Origin: Candidatus Eiseniibacteriota bacterium
Lineage (GTDB): Bacteria; Eisenbacteria; RBG-16-71-46; CAVPCR01
NCBI GenBank assembly: GCA_963702435.1
Contig: CAVPCR010000002.1
Span: 448,001 to 512,000, forward strand
Reading direction: 5' to 3'
DNA length: 64,000 bases
The notes beneath the pieces were generated by a model. It saw only the letters and a program-made list of their open reading frames with translations, was not told the DNA's origin and did not search any database. How positions within the stretch are numbered: position 1 is the first letter of the stretch; every line of letters starts with the position of its first letter. Below, piece after piece: positions 1 through 10,560 of the stretch. Both the position numbers and the translations under genes were made by a program.

Positions 1-520
1 GGCGCGGGGTGGCGAGGACGCGCGCGCCGAAGTCGCGCACCGGGGCGCCGGGGGCCCCGACCAGGACCTGGCCGCGCGCGCCGCCGAGAAGCGCGTCCAC
101 GATCTCGACGATGCGCCCGAGCTCGCCCGTGCCGACGACGGCGTCCACCTCGGGGATCTCGCGCACGAGCTCGGCGCCGTAGCGCTGCGCCATGCATCCG
201 GCGACGACGAGTCCGCGGAGCCGCCCGCCCCGCTTCTCGGCCGCCACCTCGAGCACGGCCTCGATCGATTCCTCGCGCGCCGGCTCGATGAAGCTGCACG
301 TGTTGACGACGGCGATGTCGGCGGCGGCGAGATCGGCGGTGGCCTTGAACCCGGCCCGGCCGAGGAGTCCGAGCATGGTCTCCGAGTCGACCAGGTTCTT
401 CGGGCAGCCGAGGGTGACCAGGGCGACCGTGGCCGCACGGCGCGCGCCGGAGCCGTGGGCGCCGGTGGGCGCACCCGGGGTGGACGGGACTTCCAGGATG
501 GGGATGGTATTCGATGTCAT
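1..520 (-). CDS. rimO: Ribosomal protein S12 methylthiotransferase RimO (5' part; runs off window)
   Basis: Manual translation gives VALVTLGCPKNLVDSETMLG, VVNTCSFIEPAREESI and VVAGCMAQRY, typical of RimO. Confidence 0.9.
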   Translation of the reverse strand, partial: MTSNTIPILEVPSTPGAPTGAHGSGARRAATVALVTLGCPKNLVDSETMLGLLGRAGFKATADLAAADIAVVNTCSFIEPAREESIEAVLEVAAEKRGGRLRGLVVAGCMAQRYGAELVREIPEVDAVVGTGELGRIVEIVDALLGGARGQVLVGAPGAPVRDFGARVLATPR

Positions 521-643
521 CACAGGACAAGGGCCGCCCGGCGCGGGCAGCCCGCACGAGACGAGCGCCGGACGGCTAACCTAGCAGATCGCCGCAAGAG
601 GCGAAACCCGAAGGCCCCGGCCCGCTTGGCACGCCAGGACCGA

Positions 644-3262
644 CTAGTCCGGCAAGTCGCCGGGCCGGACGAGCACCTCGCGGGCCCGCGACCCGTCCGG
701 GGGCCCGACGACTCCCGCCTGCTCGAGGAGATCCATGAGCCGCCCGGCCCGCGCGTAGCCAACCTTGAGCCGGCGCTGGAGGAGCGACGTCGACCCGATC
801 CCCGTCTGCACGACGATCCGCCGCGCCTCGGCGAAGAGCTCGTCCTCGTCGCTCTCGTCCGCGGCCTCCCCGTTCTCGTCCCGGAGGGACAGCCGCTCGA
901 CGTCGAGCTCGGGGGACGGCGCCTCGAACTCCGACCAGTGGTGGACGATCGCCTGGATCTCCCGGTCGGAGACGAACGCCCCGTGGATGCGCACCGGGTC
1001 CGGACGCCCCGCCGGGAGGTACAGCATGTCGCCGCGCCCGAGCAGGGCCTCCGCCCCGTTCTGGTCCAGGATCGTTCTCGAATCTACTTTAGATGCCACC
1101 TGGAACGCAATGCGCGACGGGAAGTTGGCCTTGATTATGCCCGTGATGACATCCACCGAGGGACGCTGGGTCGCCAGCACCAGGTGGATGCCGACGGCGC
1201 GCGCCATCTGGGCCAGGCGGGCGATCGGGTCCTCGATCTCGTTGCCGAGGGTGAGCATGAGATCGGCCAGCTCATCGATGAGGACGACGATGTGCGGAAG
1301 GTGCTCCTCGTCCTCCGGCACCTCGGGCGTCAAGCCCGCGTGCTGGTCGAGGGAGGCGTTGTAGGACTCGATGTCCCGGACCCCTCGCCGGGCGAGTCGC
1401 TGGTAGCGGCGCTGCATCTCGGCCACCAGGAAGCGGAGCGCCTTGGCCGCGCTGCGGGCCTCGGTCACCACCGGCATCAAGAGCTGCGGGATCCCGTTGT
1501 AGCCGGTGAGCTCGAGCATCTTCGGGTCGACCATGACCAGGCGGAGGTCCCTGGGATTCATGCGGCAGAGGAGACTCAGGACGATCGAGTTCACGCACAC
1601 CGACTTGCCGGAGCCGGTGGCGCCCGCGATGAGGAGGTGCGGCATCTTCTTCAAATCCGCGATCACGGGCACGCCCGAGACGTCCTTGCCGAGGGCGAGG
1701 AGAAGTCCGCCCGGCCGCTTGAAGAGCTCGACCCCGACCACATCCCCGAGCTGCACGGTCTCGGGATGGAGATTGGGGACCTCGATGCCGACCGCTCCCT
1801 TCCCCGGGATCGGCGCCAGGAGCCGGAGCCGGTGGGAGCGGAGCGCGAGCGCCAGATCGTCGGCGCGGGAGAGGATCTGGTTCACCTTGACGCCCGGTGC
1901 GGGCTCGAAGGCGTAGCGGGTGATGACCGGGCCGGGCACGACCTCGGTCACCTTGCCCGTGATGTCGAAGTGGGAGAGCGTCTGCTCGAGGAGTCGCGAG
2001 CTCTTGAGAATCTCCGTCTCGGCGATCGGCGGCGCGGCGCTCGTCGAGGTCGCGAGGACGTTGAGCTCGGGGAGCACGTACTCGGTGCCGCGCGGGCGCG
2101 GCCGGCGTTCGGGCCGGGGCAGCGGCACCGGTTTCCGCGCCGGGGACGAGGAGGCGACGGGCGACGGCGCGGGCCGTACGTGGAGGTCGGCCGGCAAGGA
2201 GCCGCTCCCCTTTTCCACGGCGGTGGCGCCCGCGCTCGGCCCCGCCGTCCCGAGGTCGCCCGCGGGGGCCGCCGGGGCGGGCTTCCCATCCCGGTCCGAC
2301 TTCTCGCCGCGCGGCTTCTCGCGCTTCGCGCTCCGCCCATGCTCCTTAGCGGCGTCGTCCCCGTTCCCCTCCCCCGCCGGCGCGACGGGCGCCTGCGCAT
2401 CCACGCCGGGATGCCGGGCCAGATCCTCGGGGCGCGACACCCGCGGCGGGCTCGAGTCGGCGGCGATCGCCGCGGCCATGAGATCCCGCTCCGCACGGCG
2501 GCGCTTGCGCAGATCGAAGAGCGCGTCCTTGAGCTGGGCGGCTGCTCCGGCGACCGTGGGCGGGCCCGCGGCCGCCGGAGCAGCCGGGGCCGGGGCCGGG
2601 ACCGCAGCGGGCGCGCGCGGCGGGGCCCCCCGCTCGGGGGCCGGGGGCGCGGCGGGCGCCGCGGGCGCGCTCGACCGGGCGGGCCCGCCGGCTCGCGAGG
2701 TGAAGGCCTCGCGCCACACGACGAGCTTGGCGCGGAGCCAGGCCCATGCGCTCCCGAGCGCACCGAGCACATCGGCAAGACCGAGATCGAGGAAGGCGAG
2801 GATCGCCACCAGGAGTCCCGTCCACAGGACGACGTAGGCGCCGATCCGGCCCAGGAAATCGGTGGCCCTGACCCCGATCGCCTGGCCGAGGAATCCCACC
2901 CAGAAGCTGTCGCGATCCGCGGAGACGCCGAGGATCCCGGCCAGGAAGAGGATGAGCGCGGCGGCGGCCAGCGAGCGCGCGAGGAGCGCGGTGGTCGGCC
3001 GGAGGAGGAGTCGATTCACGCCCCACGCAACGAGCGCGATCGGGAGGCCGAGCGCGAGGACACGGCCGAAGATCCCGGCCAGGAGGCGGGCGAGGAGGAC
3101 GCCGGCCGGACCGCAGGCATCGCGCGGCAGGCTCGCGACGAGCGGTCCGGGCTCCCGCGCGAGCGTCAGGAGCGAGAGCAGCGCGAGCAGGCCGAGGGCG
3201 ACGAGTAGGAGCCCCAGGATCTGCTGGCGGCGGGCGACCGAGAGCTGTTCGAGCGCCGACAA
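644..3262 (-). CDS. ftsK: DNA translocase FtsK
   Basis: N-terminal TM helices, Pro/Ala linker, PHLLIAGATGSGKS, LATQRPSVDVITG, gamma domain SLLQRRLKVGYARAGRL. TTG start chosen from the GAGGAGG RBS; ATG at 3286 is an alternative. Confidence 0.95.
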   Translation of the reverse strand: MSALEQLSVARRQQILGLLLVALGLLALLSLLTLAREPGPLVASLPRDACGPAGVLLARLLAGIFGRVLALGLPIALVAWGVNRLLLRPTTALLARSLAAAALILFLAGILGVSADRDSFWVGFLGQAIGVRATDFLGRIGAYVVLWTGLLVAILAFLDLGLADVLGALGSAWAWLRAKLVVWREAFTSRAGGPARSSAPAAPAAPPAPERGAPPRAPAAVPAPAPAAPAAAGPPTVAGAAAQLKDALFDLRKRRRAERDLMAAAIAADSSPPRVSRPEDLARHPGVDAQAPVAPAGEGNGDDAAKEHGRSAKREKPRGEKSDRDGKPAPAAPAGDLGTAGPSAGATAVEKGSGSLPADLHVRPAPSPVASSSPARKPVPLPRPERRPRPRGTEYVLPELNVLATSTSAAPPIAETEILKSSRLLEQTLSHFDITGKVTEVVPGPVITRYAFEPAPGVKVNQILSRADDLALALRSHRLRLLAPIPGKGAVGIEVPNLHPETVQLGDVVGVELFKRPGGLLLALGKDVSGVPVIADLKKMPHLLIAGATGSGKSVCVNSIVLSLLCRMNPRDLRLVMVDPKMLELTGYNGIPQLLMPVVTEARSAAKALRFLVAEMQRRYQRLARRGVRDIESYNASLDQHAGLTPEVPEDEEHLPHIVVLIDELADLMLTLGNEIEDPIARLAQMARAVGIHLVLATQRPSVDVITGIIKANFPSRIAFQVASKVDSRTILDQNGAEALLGRGDMLYLPAGRPDPVRIHGAFVSDREIQAIVHHWSEFEAPSPELDVERLSLRDENGEAADESDEDELFAEARRIVVQTGIGSTSLLQRRLKVGYARAGRLMDLLEQAGVVGPPDGSRAREVLVRPGDLPD

Positions 3263-3420
3263 GGCTACCCTCCTCGGGGCACGCATTCTCTCTGCGCAAA
3301 GAGGCGCCACCCGGTCAGGGGGCCTCGCCGGATCGGGGCACGACGAGTCGGAACGAACCCTGCGGTCGCAGCCCTCGAGCCGGCCACCCGGCGGCGGCTC
3401 GAGCGCCGCAGTCCCCCGGC

Positions 3421-4698
3421 CTACGTCCCGGCCGAGTAGTCGGTGTCGTAGGCCTTCTGCTCTGCCGTGAGCTCGTCGATCCGGAAACCCATGGTCTCGA
3501 GCTTGATGCGTCCGATCTCCTGATCCTGCTCCGGGGAGAGCTCGTGCACCGTCTTCTCCATGCTCTTGCCGTCGCGGTGCAGCTTGAGCAGGGCGAGGAA
3601 CTGGTTCGCAAAGCTCATATCCATGACCTCGGACGGATGCCCCTCGGCCGCCGCGAGATTCACGAGTCGGCCCTGGGCAATGACATAGAGCCGGCGGCCG
3701 TCGGGGAGCTTGTACTCCTCGTTGTTGGGCCGCACCGTGCGCTTCGCCCTGGCCACCTTCTCGAGCTCTCCCAGATTGATCTCGCAGTCGTAGTGTCCGG
3801 TGTTGCAGAGGATGGCGCCGTCGCGCATGGAGCGGAAATGCCAGTCGCGGATGACGTCCTTCATCCCGGTGGCGGTGATGAAGATGTCTCCGACCTTCGC
3901 CGCCTCGTCCATGGTCATGATATCCATGCCCTCGAGACGGGCGCGGAGCGCCGCGGTCGGCTTGATCTCGGTGATGATGACGTTGGCGCCCATGCCCTTG
4001 GCTCGCATCGCCACGCCGCGGCCGCAGTGCCCGTAGCCGGCGACCACGAAGTTCTTGCCGGCGATGAGGACCGACGTGGCACGGAGAATCCCGTCGAGCG
4101 AGGACTGTCCGGTGCCGTAGACGTTGTCGAAGTCCCACTTGGTCTCGGCGTCATTGACGGCGATCACCGGGTACCTGAGCTTGCCGTCGGCCGCCATGGC
4201 GCGGAGCCGCCGCACTCCGGTCGTCGTCTCCTCGGTGCCGCCCTGGATGAACGCCGCAAGCTCCGGATGCTTCTTGTGGACGGAGAAGATCAGATCGGCG
4301 CCGTCATCGAGGGTGAGGGTGGGCTTGAAGTCGAGCGTGCGGTCGATGCACCAGTAGAACTCCTCGGTCGACATTCCGTGCCAGGCGAAGATCGAGGTGT
4401 CCTCGGCGGCGAGCGCGGCGGCGACGTCGTCCTGGGTCGACAGCGGGTTGCAGCCCGACCAGCTGACCTCGGCGCCGGCGGCGCGGAGCGTCCGCACGAG
4501 GACCGCGGTCTCCTTGGTCACGTGCAGGCAGCCGGCGATCTTGGCGCCGCGGAACGCCTGCTCCTTCGCGTAGCGGGCCCGGAGCGCCATCAGCACCGGC
4601 ATCCGGCTCTCGGCCCACTCGATCTTGAGCTTGCCCTGGTCGGCCAGCTTGGGATCGGCGACCTTGAACTTGGCTCCGGTTTGAGTCTGAGTCGTCAA
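3421..4698 (-). CDS. ahcY: Adenosylhomocysteinase
   Basis: GCLHVTKET, CNPLSTQD, EETTTG, GYGHCGRG, GRLVNLAAAEGHP motifs. TTG start after AAGGAG. Confidence 0.96.
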   Translation of the reverse strand: MTTQTQTGAKFKVADPKLADQGKLKIEWAESRMPVLMALRARYAKEQAFRGAKIAGCLHVTKETAVLVRTLRAAGAEVSWSGCNPLSTQDDVAAALAAEDTSIFAWHGMSTEEFYWCIDRTLDFKPTLTLDDGADLIFSVHKKHPELAAFIQGGTEETTTGVRRLRAMAADGKLRYPVIAVNDAETKWDFDNVYGTGQSSLDGILRATSVLIAGKNFVVAGYGHCGRGVAMRAKGMGANVIITEIKPTAALRARLEGMDIMTMDEAAKVGDIFITATGMKDVIRDWHFRSMRDGAILCNTGHYDCEINLGELEKVARAKRTVRPNNEEYKLPDGRRLYVIAQGRLVNLAAAEGHPSEVMDMSFANQFLALLKLHRDGKSMEKTVHELSPEQDQEIGRIKLETMGFRIDELTAEQKAYDTDYSAGT

Positions 4699-4758
4699 CG
4701 TGGTGTCTCCTTGCTCCTGTGGTGGCCCGTCCGGCAGGAAGCGGCGCAAGACGGCCGG

Positions 4759-4798
4759 AAAAGAGATCGCGCGCGCCCGATCGTGAGGCGCGCGCGAT
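4759..4798 (-). terminator. Intrinsic-terminator-like hairpin after metK
   Basis: ATCGCGCGCGCC...GGCGCGCGCGAT stem followed by CTCTTTT on the minus strand. Confidence 0.6.
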
Positions 4799-4825
4799 GA
4801 TGCCCGAAAGGCGCCGGGAATTCAA
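4797..4825 (-). promoter_or_regulatory. Possible sigma70 promoter for ahcY
   Basis: TTGAAT-N17-CATCAT on the minus strand; the -10 match is weak. Confidence 0.35.
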
Positions 4826-4871
4826 GGCCCCGGAGGGCGCCCGGGGCCGGCCAGGGCCTCCTGCCCGCCGG

Positions 4872-6080
4872 CTACATGCCGCGGCGGAGGTCGTCGACCC
4901 GGTTGCAGATCTCCCAGGTGAAACCCTCGTCCTCCCGCCCGAAGTGCCCGTAGGCGGCGGTCCGCCGGTAGATCGGCCGCCGGAGATCGAGCTCGGTGAT
5001 GAGGCCGCGCGGGGTCAGGTCGAAGAACTTCTTCACGAGCTCGGCGATCCGGTCGTCGGGGATCTGCCCGGTACCGAAGGTGTCGACCATCACGGAGACG
5101 GGGTGCTCGACGCCGATCACGTACGCAATCTGCACCTCGGCGCGGTGGGCGAGCCCCGCGGCCACGATGTTCTTCGCCACCCAGCGCGCCCCGTACGAGG
5201 CGGAGCGGTCCACCTTGGTCGGATCCTTGCCCGAGAAGGCGCCGCCGCCGTGCCGCCCGGCCCCGCCGTAGGTATCGACGATGATCTTCCGCCCGGTCAA
5301 GCCCGTGTCGGCCATGGGGCCGCCGCGCACGAAGCGCCCGGTCGGGTTCACGTGCACGGTGAGATCGCCCTTCACGTACTCGGCCGGCACCACCTCCTTC
5401 ACCACCTTCTCGATCAGGTCGGCCTTCACCTTGTCGACCGCGATGTCCTGATGGTGCTGGGCGGCGATGACAACGGTCGTCACGCGGAGGGGCTTCCCGT
5501 TCCCGTCGTACTCGACCGTGACCTGCGTCTTCCCGTCCGGCCGGAGGTAGGGCAGGATCGAGCCCTTCCGCACGTCGGAGAGCTTGCGCGCCAGCCGGTG
5601 GGCGAGGAGGATCGGGAGCGGCATCAGCTCCTTGGTCTCGTTGGTCGCGTAGCCGAACATCATGCCCTGGTCGCCGGCGCCCAGCTTGTCGACGCCCACC
5701 GAGATGTCGGGCGACTGCTCGTCGATCGACGTGATGACGGCGCAGGTCTCGTAGTCGAAGCCGTAGCTCGCGTCGGTGTAGCCGATGTCGCGGATGGCCT
5801 TGCGGGCGATCTGCGGGATATCGATGTAGCAGTCGGTCGTGATCTCGCCCGCGACCAGGCAGAGGCCGGTGGTCACCAGCGTCTCGCACGCCACGCGGCC
5901 CTTCGGGTCCTGCTCAAGGATCGCGTCGAGGACCGAGTCCGAGATCTGGTCGGCGATCTTGTCCGGATGCCCCTCGGTGACCGATTCCGACGTGAACAGG
6001 TAGACGCCCTTCGCGCCCGACTTGTGTGCCGGATCCTGGCGTCCCTGCGCGGCCTCTCCCGGCCTGCTCACCGTGCTCAT
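4872..6080 (-). CDS. metK: S-adenosylmethionine synthetase
   Basis: [35 protein letters not shown] motifs. Confidence 0.98.
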   Translation of the reverse strand: MSTVSRPGEAAQGRQDPAHKSGAKGVYLFTSESVTEGHPDKIADQISDSVLDAILEQDPKGRVACETLVTTGLCLVAGEITTDCYIDIPQIARKAIRDIGYTDASYGFDYETCAVITSIDEQSPDISVGVDKLGAGDQGMMFGYATNETKELMPLPILLAHRLARKLSDVRKGSILPYLRPDGKTQVTVEYDGNGKPLRVTTVVIAAQHHQDIAVDKVKADLIEKVVKEVVPAEYVKGDLTVHVNPTGRFVRGGPMADTGLTGRKIIVDTYGGAGRHGGGAFSGKDPTKVDRSASYGARWVAKNIVAAGLAHRAEVQIAYVIGVEHPVSVMVDTFGTGQIPDDRIAELVKKFFDLTPRGLITELDLRRPIYRRTAAYGHFGREDEGFTWEICNRVDDLRRGM

Positions 6081-6141
6081 CAAGTTCCTCCTTGCTCCCT
6101 CCGGCAACTTGGCCGAAGCATGACCCCCCTGGCGGGGGCTC

Positions 6142-7146
6142 CTAGATCAACTCCACTTCGGACGAGTCGCCGACGTTGAGCTTCTTGAACGCGCCGCGCA
6201 CCACGGCGTGATCGCCGATCACCGAGGCGTCGAGGAGCACGTCCTCGACAATGGCGCTCTCGTTGATGATGGCGTTGCGGACAATCGAGTTGCGGACGAC
6301 CGCTCCGGCCGCCACCGACACGTGCGGGCCGATGATCGAGTTGATGATGGTGGCCGATGGGTCGATGGCCACCGGCGCGAGAACGACGCCGGCCCCGTCG
6401 GCCGTGCCTCCCCCTCCCCCCTGCATGTCGAGGAGGGCCCGGTTGGTGGCGAGCAACGTCTCCGGCTGGCCGCAATCGTACCAGCCCTGGACGTGGAATA
6501 CCCCCATCTTCTCGCCCCGCTCGAGCATGAGCTGGAGCGCATCGGTGAGCTGGTACTCGCCCCGGGTGCGCAGGTCCCGGCGGATCAGCTCGTCGAGGCA
6601 GGCGTAGAGGGCGTCCCCGTTCGCGATGTAGTAGATGCCGACGATGGCCAGGTTCGAGGTCGGCTGCTCCGGCTTCTCGATCAGGCGGGTGACGCGGTCG
6701 CCGCTCGCGACCTCGACGATCCCGAAGCGGCGCGGGTCGTCGACTGCCTTCACCCCGATCAGGCTCACCGGGGAGGCGATCACCTCGCCGAAGTCGGCCC
6801 GGAAGATGGTGTCGCCGAGGACGATCAGGAGCCGTCGTCCCGGCATGAAGCCGCGCGTCAGGTGCACCGCGTGCCCGAGTCCCTGGCGATCGAGCTGCTC
6901 GACGTAGCGGACATCGAAGTGGCGGTAGTGATGCTCGACGAAATCCCGGATCAGATCGCCCATGTGGCCGACGACGAGCGTCGCCTCGCGGATGCCGAGT
7001 CCGTCGAGCTCGTCGAGGATGTGCGCGAGCATCGGCTTCCCGGCGACGTTGATGAGCGCCTTCGGCACGGTGTGGGTATGCGGGCGGAGCCTGCTGCCGA
7101 CGCCGGCGACCGGGATGATGGCGACCGGCTTGTCTCTGCTAGCCAC
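6142..7146 (-). CDS. Sugar-1-phosphate nucleotidyltransferase (long-form G1P thymidylyltransferase-like) with C-terminal hexapeptide repeats
   Basis: [40 protein letters not shown] motifs. Confidence 0.88.
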   Translation of the reverse strand: MASRDKPVAIIPVAGVGSRLRPHTHTVPKALINVAGKPMLAHILDELDGLGIREATLVVGHMGDLIRDFVEHHYRHFDVRYVEQLDRQGLGHAVHLTRGFMPGRRLLIVLGDTIFRADFGEVIASPVSLIGVKAVDDPRRFGIVEVASGDRVTRLIEKPEQPTSNLAIVGIYYIANGDALYACLDELIRRDLRTRGEYQLTDALQLMLERGEKMGVFHVQGWYDCGQPETLLATNRALLDMQGGGGGTADGAGVVLAPVAIDPSATIINSIIGPHVSVAAGAVVRNSIVRNAIINESAIVEDVLLDASVIGDHAVVRGAFKKLNVGDSSEVELI

Positions 7147-8278
7147 GGGGGACCTCGGATTCGCGGGCCTCGGATTGGGCGAGACGGGTCTTGATCGTGT
7201 CGATCGCCTCGATCGGCGTCGGGTTCGTGCGGTTGAGCACCGCGAGGTACACGCTCACGTAGTCACCGAGGTGCAGGAGACCGAACATGCGGGCGAGGCG
7301 GGAGCCGTTCCCGCTCCACACCTGGCTCACCTCGGCCCCGGCCTCGACGATCATCTCGCTCGCCGCCTCGATGCGCCGCTGCGTGCGCGCGTCGTCCTCG
7401 GCGTCGCGCAGGACGAGGACGTGCGAGTTGGCGACGACCGGGCTCTTGCCGGCCCAGCCCACGATCTCGTTGTGCGTGAGCTCCGGGTAGAGCGAGTGGA
7501 AGGCGAGCGCCTTCGCGTTCTCGGCGAGCTGGCTCTTCCAGCGCATGGCCACGGCCTCGAGGTGGTCGGCCGAGGCATGGACCACCACCAGCCGGTTGAC
7601 CAGCTTCCGCGCGAGCTGCTTCGCGATGTTCTCCTCCATCGGCACCTCGACCTGACAGCGATCGCCGGCCTCGCGGACGCGGAGGAGGAGCTCTTCGAGC
7701 TCGCCCCAGCGCGGGGGGACCACCTCGAGGCGCCAGAGGGTCGTCAGGATGGGGATGAAGGCGTAGGCGACCGCGGCCCGCGGCGGCAGCCCGCCCGGGA
7801 TGCGGATCCACGGTACCCCGTCCCGCCCGCACTTCTCGGCCAGCTTGCCGCCGGTCGTGAGGCAGATGACCCGGGCCCGCTTGCGCCGGGCGTCCTCGTA
7901 CAGGGCGAGGGCCTCCTCGGTGTTCCCCGAGTAGCTTGCGCAGAGGACGAGCGTCCCCTGCCCCACTGCGCGCGGCAAAGCGTAGTTGCGGACCGTGACG
8001 AACGGAATCTCGATCGTGTCGGCGAGATAGCAGCGGAGGAGGTCGCCGGCGATGGCCGAGCCGCCCATCCCGGCGAAGACGAGCGCCCGGAAGGGACCGT
8101 AAGCGGTGCCGATGGCGGCCTTCTGCCCGATCTGGATCGCCGCCTCGCACTGGGTCGGCAACGCCGCCACCAGATCGATCATGCCCTGGCGATCGACGCG
8201 CGCGATCGCGGACTTCGAATCGAGCGACATCTTCTTCGCGTCCGCGGACGGCGTCGGGTTCCCCGACATCATCATCAT
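7139..8278 (-). CDS. Bifunctional phosphoglucose/phosphomannose isomerase (SIS family)
   Basis: GMGGSAIAGD, SYSGNTEE, LPPRAA, WKSQLAENAK, PELTHNEIVGW motifs. Confidence 0.92.
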   Translation of the reverse strand: MMMMSGNPTPSADAKKMSLDSKSAIARVDRQGMIDLVAALPTQCEAAIQIGQKAAIGTAYGPFRALVFAGMGGSAIAGDLLRCYLADTIEIPFVTVRNYALPRAVGQGTLVLCASYSGNTEEALALYEDARRKRARVICLTTGGKLAEKCGRDGVPWIRIPGGLPPRAAVAYAFIPILTTLWRLEVVPPRWGELEELLLRVREAGDRCQVEVPMEENIAKQLARKLVNRLVVVHASADHLEAVAMRWKSQLAENAKALAFHSLYPELTHNEIVGWAGKSPVVANSHVLVLRDAEDDARTQRRIEAASEMIVEAGAEVSQVWSGNGSRLARMFGLLHLGDYVSVYLAVLNRTNPTPIEAIDTIKTRLAQSEARESEVPRG

Positions 8279-8334
8279 CCCCGACTCCTCACCCGGCTAC
8301 GCCGTTCCCGCCGGCCCGCGCCGGCGCGCACCAT

Positions 8335-8394
8335 CTCGTCATACCTCACTCGTCATACCTCACTCGTCACACCTCACTCGTCATCCCTCGTCAT
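8335..8394. repeat. 14-bp tandem repeat CTCGTCATACCTCA (about 4 copies)
   Basis: Copies at 8335, 8349 and 8363, partial at 8377 and 8387. Confidence 0.85.
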
Positions 8395-10229
8395 GCCAGC
8401 AGAAAGGCCGGCAAGAGGCCGGCCATGCGGGCCAGCACGAGCGTGCGGACCGCCGCCGCCGAATCGAGGCGCAGTGCTTCCTCGGCCACCGCCCGCGCGT
8501 CCGCGTAGGCGATGGCGCGCACCACGGTCTTCACTTCCGGGAGGAGGAAGGGGCTCACCGACAGCTCGTCGAAACCCATGCCGACGAGAAGCACCACGGC
8601 GAGAGGATCGGCGGCCATTTCGCCACAAATGCCTACCCATATCCGTTCCGCCCGGGCGGCGTCAACCACAATCCGGAGGCTCCGGAGGATGGCCGGGTGC
8701 AACGGCTGATAGAGGGCCGCCGTCTTCGGATTCGAGCGGTCGGCGGCCATCGTGTACTGGATCAGGTCGTTGGTGCCGACCGAGAAGAAGTCGACCTCGC
8801 GGGCCAGGATGTCGGCGATCATCACCGCAGAGGGCGTCTCGACCATGATCCCGAACTCGACCCGGTCGCCGTGCGGCACGCGCGCCCGGTCGAGCTCGGC
8901 CACCACCTCGGCGGCCAGGGCGCGGGCGGCGCGGATCTCCTCGACGGTCGCGATCATCGGGAGCATGAGCTTGACCCGGCCGTAGCGGCTCGCCCGGTAG
9001 ATCGCCCGGAGCTGCGTGCGGAAAGCCTCGCGGTGCTCGAGCGAGAAGCGGATGCCCCGCCAGCCGAGGAAGGGGTTCGACTCGCGGTCGGCGCGATCGG
9101 CGCCCAGATAGGAGGCCACCTTGTCGCCGCCGAGATCCATGGTGCGGATGATGACCGAACGCGGATTCATGCGCTCGGCCACGTCGCGATAGGCCGTGAA
9201 CTGCTCCTGCTCGTCGGGCATGCGCGCCCGATCGATGTAGAAGAACTCGGTGCGGTAGAGACCGATCGAATCGGCCCCGTGCTCGAGCACGTGCTCGACG
9301 TCGGCGGGCGATTCCAGGTTGGCCCCGAGCTCGATGCGCCGGCCGTCGGTGGTGACCGCGGGCTGATCGCGCAGCCCGGCGAGGCTCCCCTCGAACGCCT
9401 GGTACTCGTGGCGCCGGCGTTCGTAGGAGGCGAGCACCTCCGGCGACGGGCGGAGGACCACCGCCCCGTCGAGCCCGTCCACGATGGCGAGGTCCCCCGG
9501 CCGCACGTGGCGGAGGAGCCCGCGCACCCCGACCACCGCCGGCACCCCCTTCGACCGGGCCATGATGGCGGCATGCGCCGTCACTCCCCCGTACTCGGTG
9601 GCGAATCCCGCGATGCCGGCGCGGTCGAGGAGGGCGGCGTCGGACGGCGAGATCTCGCGCCCCAGGAGCACGCACTGGGCCGGGAAGGCCGGGCGGTCCT
9701 CGTCGAGGCCGAGCAGGAGGCGGAGCACGCGGCGCTTGATGTCGCGGAAGACGTCGGCCCGCTCGCGGCGGAACTCGTCGTCCGAGTCCTCGAGCGTCTC
9801 GATCATGCGCGCGACGTGATGGCGGAAAACGTACGCCGCCGCCTTGCGCTCGCTCCGGATGCGGGCGATGACCGGGTCGATGACGAGGCGATCCTCGAGG
9901 AAGAGCAACTGAGCGTCGAAGATGCGCGCTTCCTCCTCGCCGACGTCCTCGGCCACCCGGGCCCGGAGGAAGGTGACCTGCTCGCGCGCCTTGTCGATCG
10001 CCCGCAGCAGGCGCTCGGTCTCGGACTCGACGGCCGCCGGCAGGAGGTCCTCTTCGGGAACCTGGATCTCGACGGGTGCGAGAACGTGCGCGGCGCCGAA
10101 GGCGATACCGGGCGCCGCCGCGATGCCCTTCAGGAGAAGGCTCGCCGCGCCGGCGGCGGGAGCCGCCGGATCGGCGGCGCCTGGGGGGCCGGAGGCGGCC
10201 CGGAAGCCTGCGTTCGGTGCTCGCGTCAC
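8391..10229 (-). CDS. ptsI: PEP-protein phosphotransferase (PTS enzyme I)
   Basis: TAHAAIMAR phospho-His motif, GLYRTEF, NPFLGWRGIR, SVGTNDLIQY, CGEMA. Start is uncertain (10229-10271). Confidence 0.96.
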   Translation of the reverse strand: MTRAPNAGFRAASGPPGAADPAAPAAGAASLLLKGIAAAPGIAFGAAHVLAPVEIQVPEEDLLPAAVESETERLLRAIDKAREQVTFLRARVAEDVGEEEARIFDAQLLFLEDRLVIDPVIARIRSERKAAAYVFRHHVARMIETLEDSDDEFRRERADVFRDIKRRVLRLLLGLDEDRPAFPAQCVLLGREISPSDAALLDRAGIAGFATEYGGVTAHAAIMARSKGVPAVVGVRGLLRHVRPGDLAIVDGLDGAVVLRPSPEVLASYERRRHEYQAFEGSLAGLRDQPAVTTDGRRIELGANLESPADVEHVLEHGADSIGLYRTEFFYIDRARMPDEQEQFTAYRDVAERMNPRSVIIRTMDLGGDKVASYLGADRADRESNPFLGWRGIRFSLEHREAFRTQLRAIYRASRYGRVKLMLPMIATVEEIRAARALAAEVVAELDRARVPHGDRVEFGIMVETPSAVMIADILAREVDFFSVGTNDLIQYTMAADRSNPKTAALYQPLHPAILRSLRIVVDAARAERIWVGICGEMAADPLAVVLLVGMGFDELSVSPFLLPEVKTVVRAIAYADARAVAEEALRLDSAAAVRTLVLARMAGLLPAFLLA

Positions 10230-10245
10230 GATGGCCTCTCTGCGG

Positions 10246-10512
10246 CTAGTCTTCGCCGAATCTCGAGTCAATGAGCGCGACGAGCGCCGAGAGCGCCTCG
10301 GCGGCGTCGTCGCCTTCGACCCGGATATCGATCTCCGATCCCTGCTCGGCGGCGAGCATCATGACACCCATGATGCTCTTGCCGTTCACCTCGAGGCCGT
10401 TCTTCGAGATGAAGACCTCCGAGCGGAAGCGTGCCGCTTCCTTGACGAGAAGGGCGGCCGGCCGGGCATGCACGCCGAGCCGATTCTGGATGATCACTCG
10501 CCGCTTGAGCAT
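10246..10512 (-). CDS. ptsH: Phosphocarrier HPr
   Basis: GVHARPAA (His15) and NGKSIMGVMML (Ser46). Confidence 0.96.
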   Translation of the reverse strand: MLKRRVIIQNRLGVHARPAALLVKEAARFRSEVFISKNGLEVNGKSIMGVMMLAAEQGSEIDIRVEGDDAAEALSALVALIDSRFGED

Positions 10513-10560
10513 CGGTCGTCCACCTTGTCGCCCGTTTCTCTCCGCCGTGGCTTTCCCGCC

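Noticed and set aside
4700..4870. SAH/SAM riboswitch upstream of ahcY
   Set aside because: No recognisable consensus; the hairpin is better explained as a terminator.
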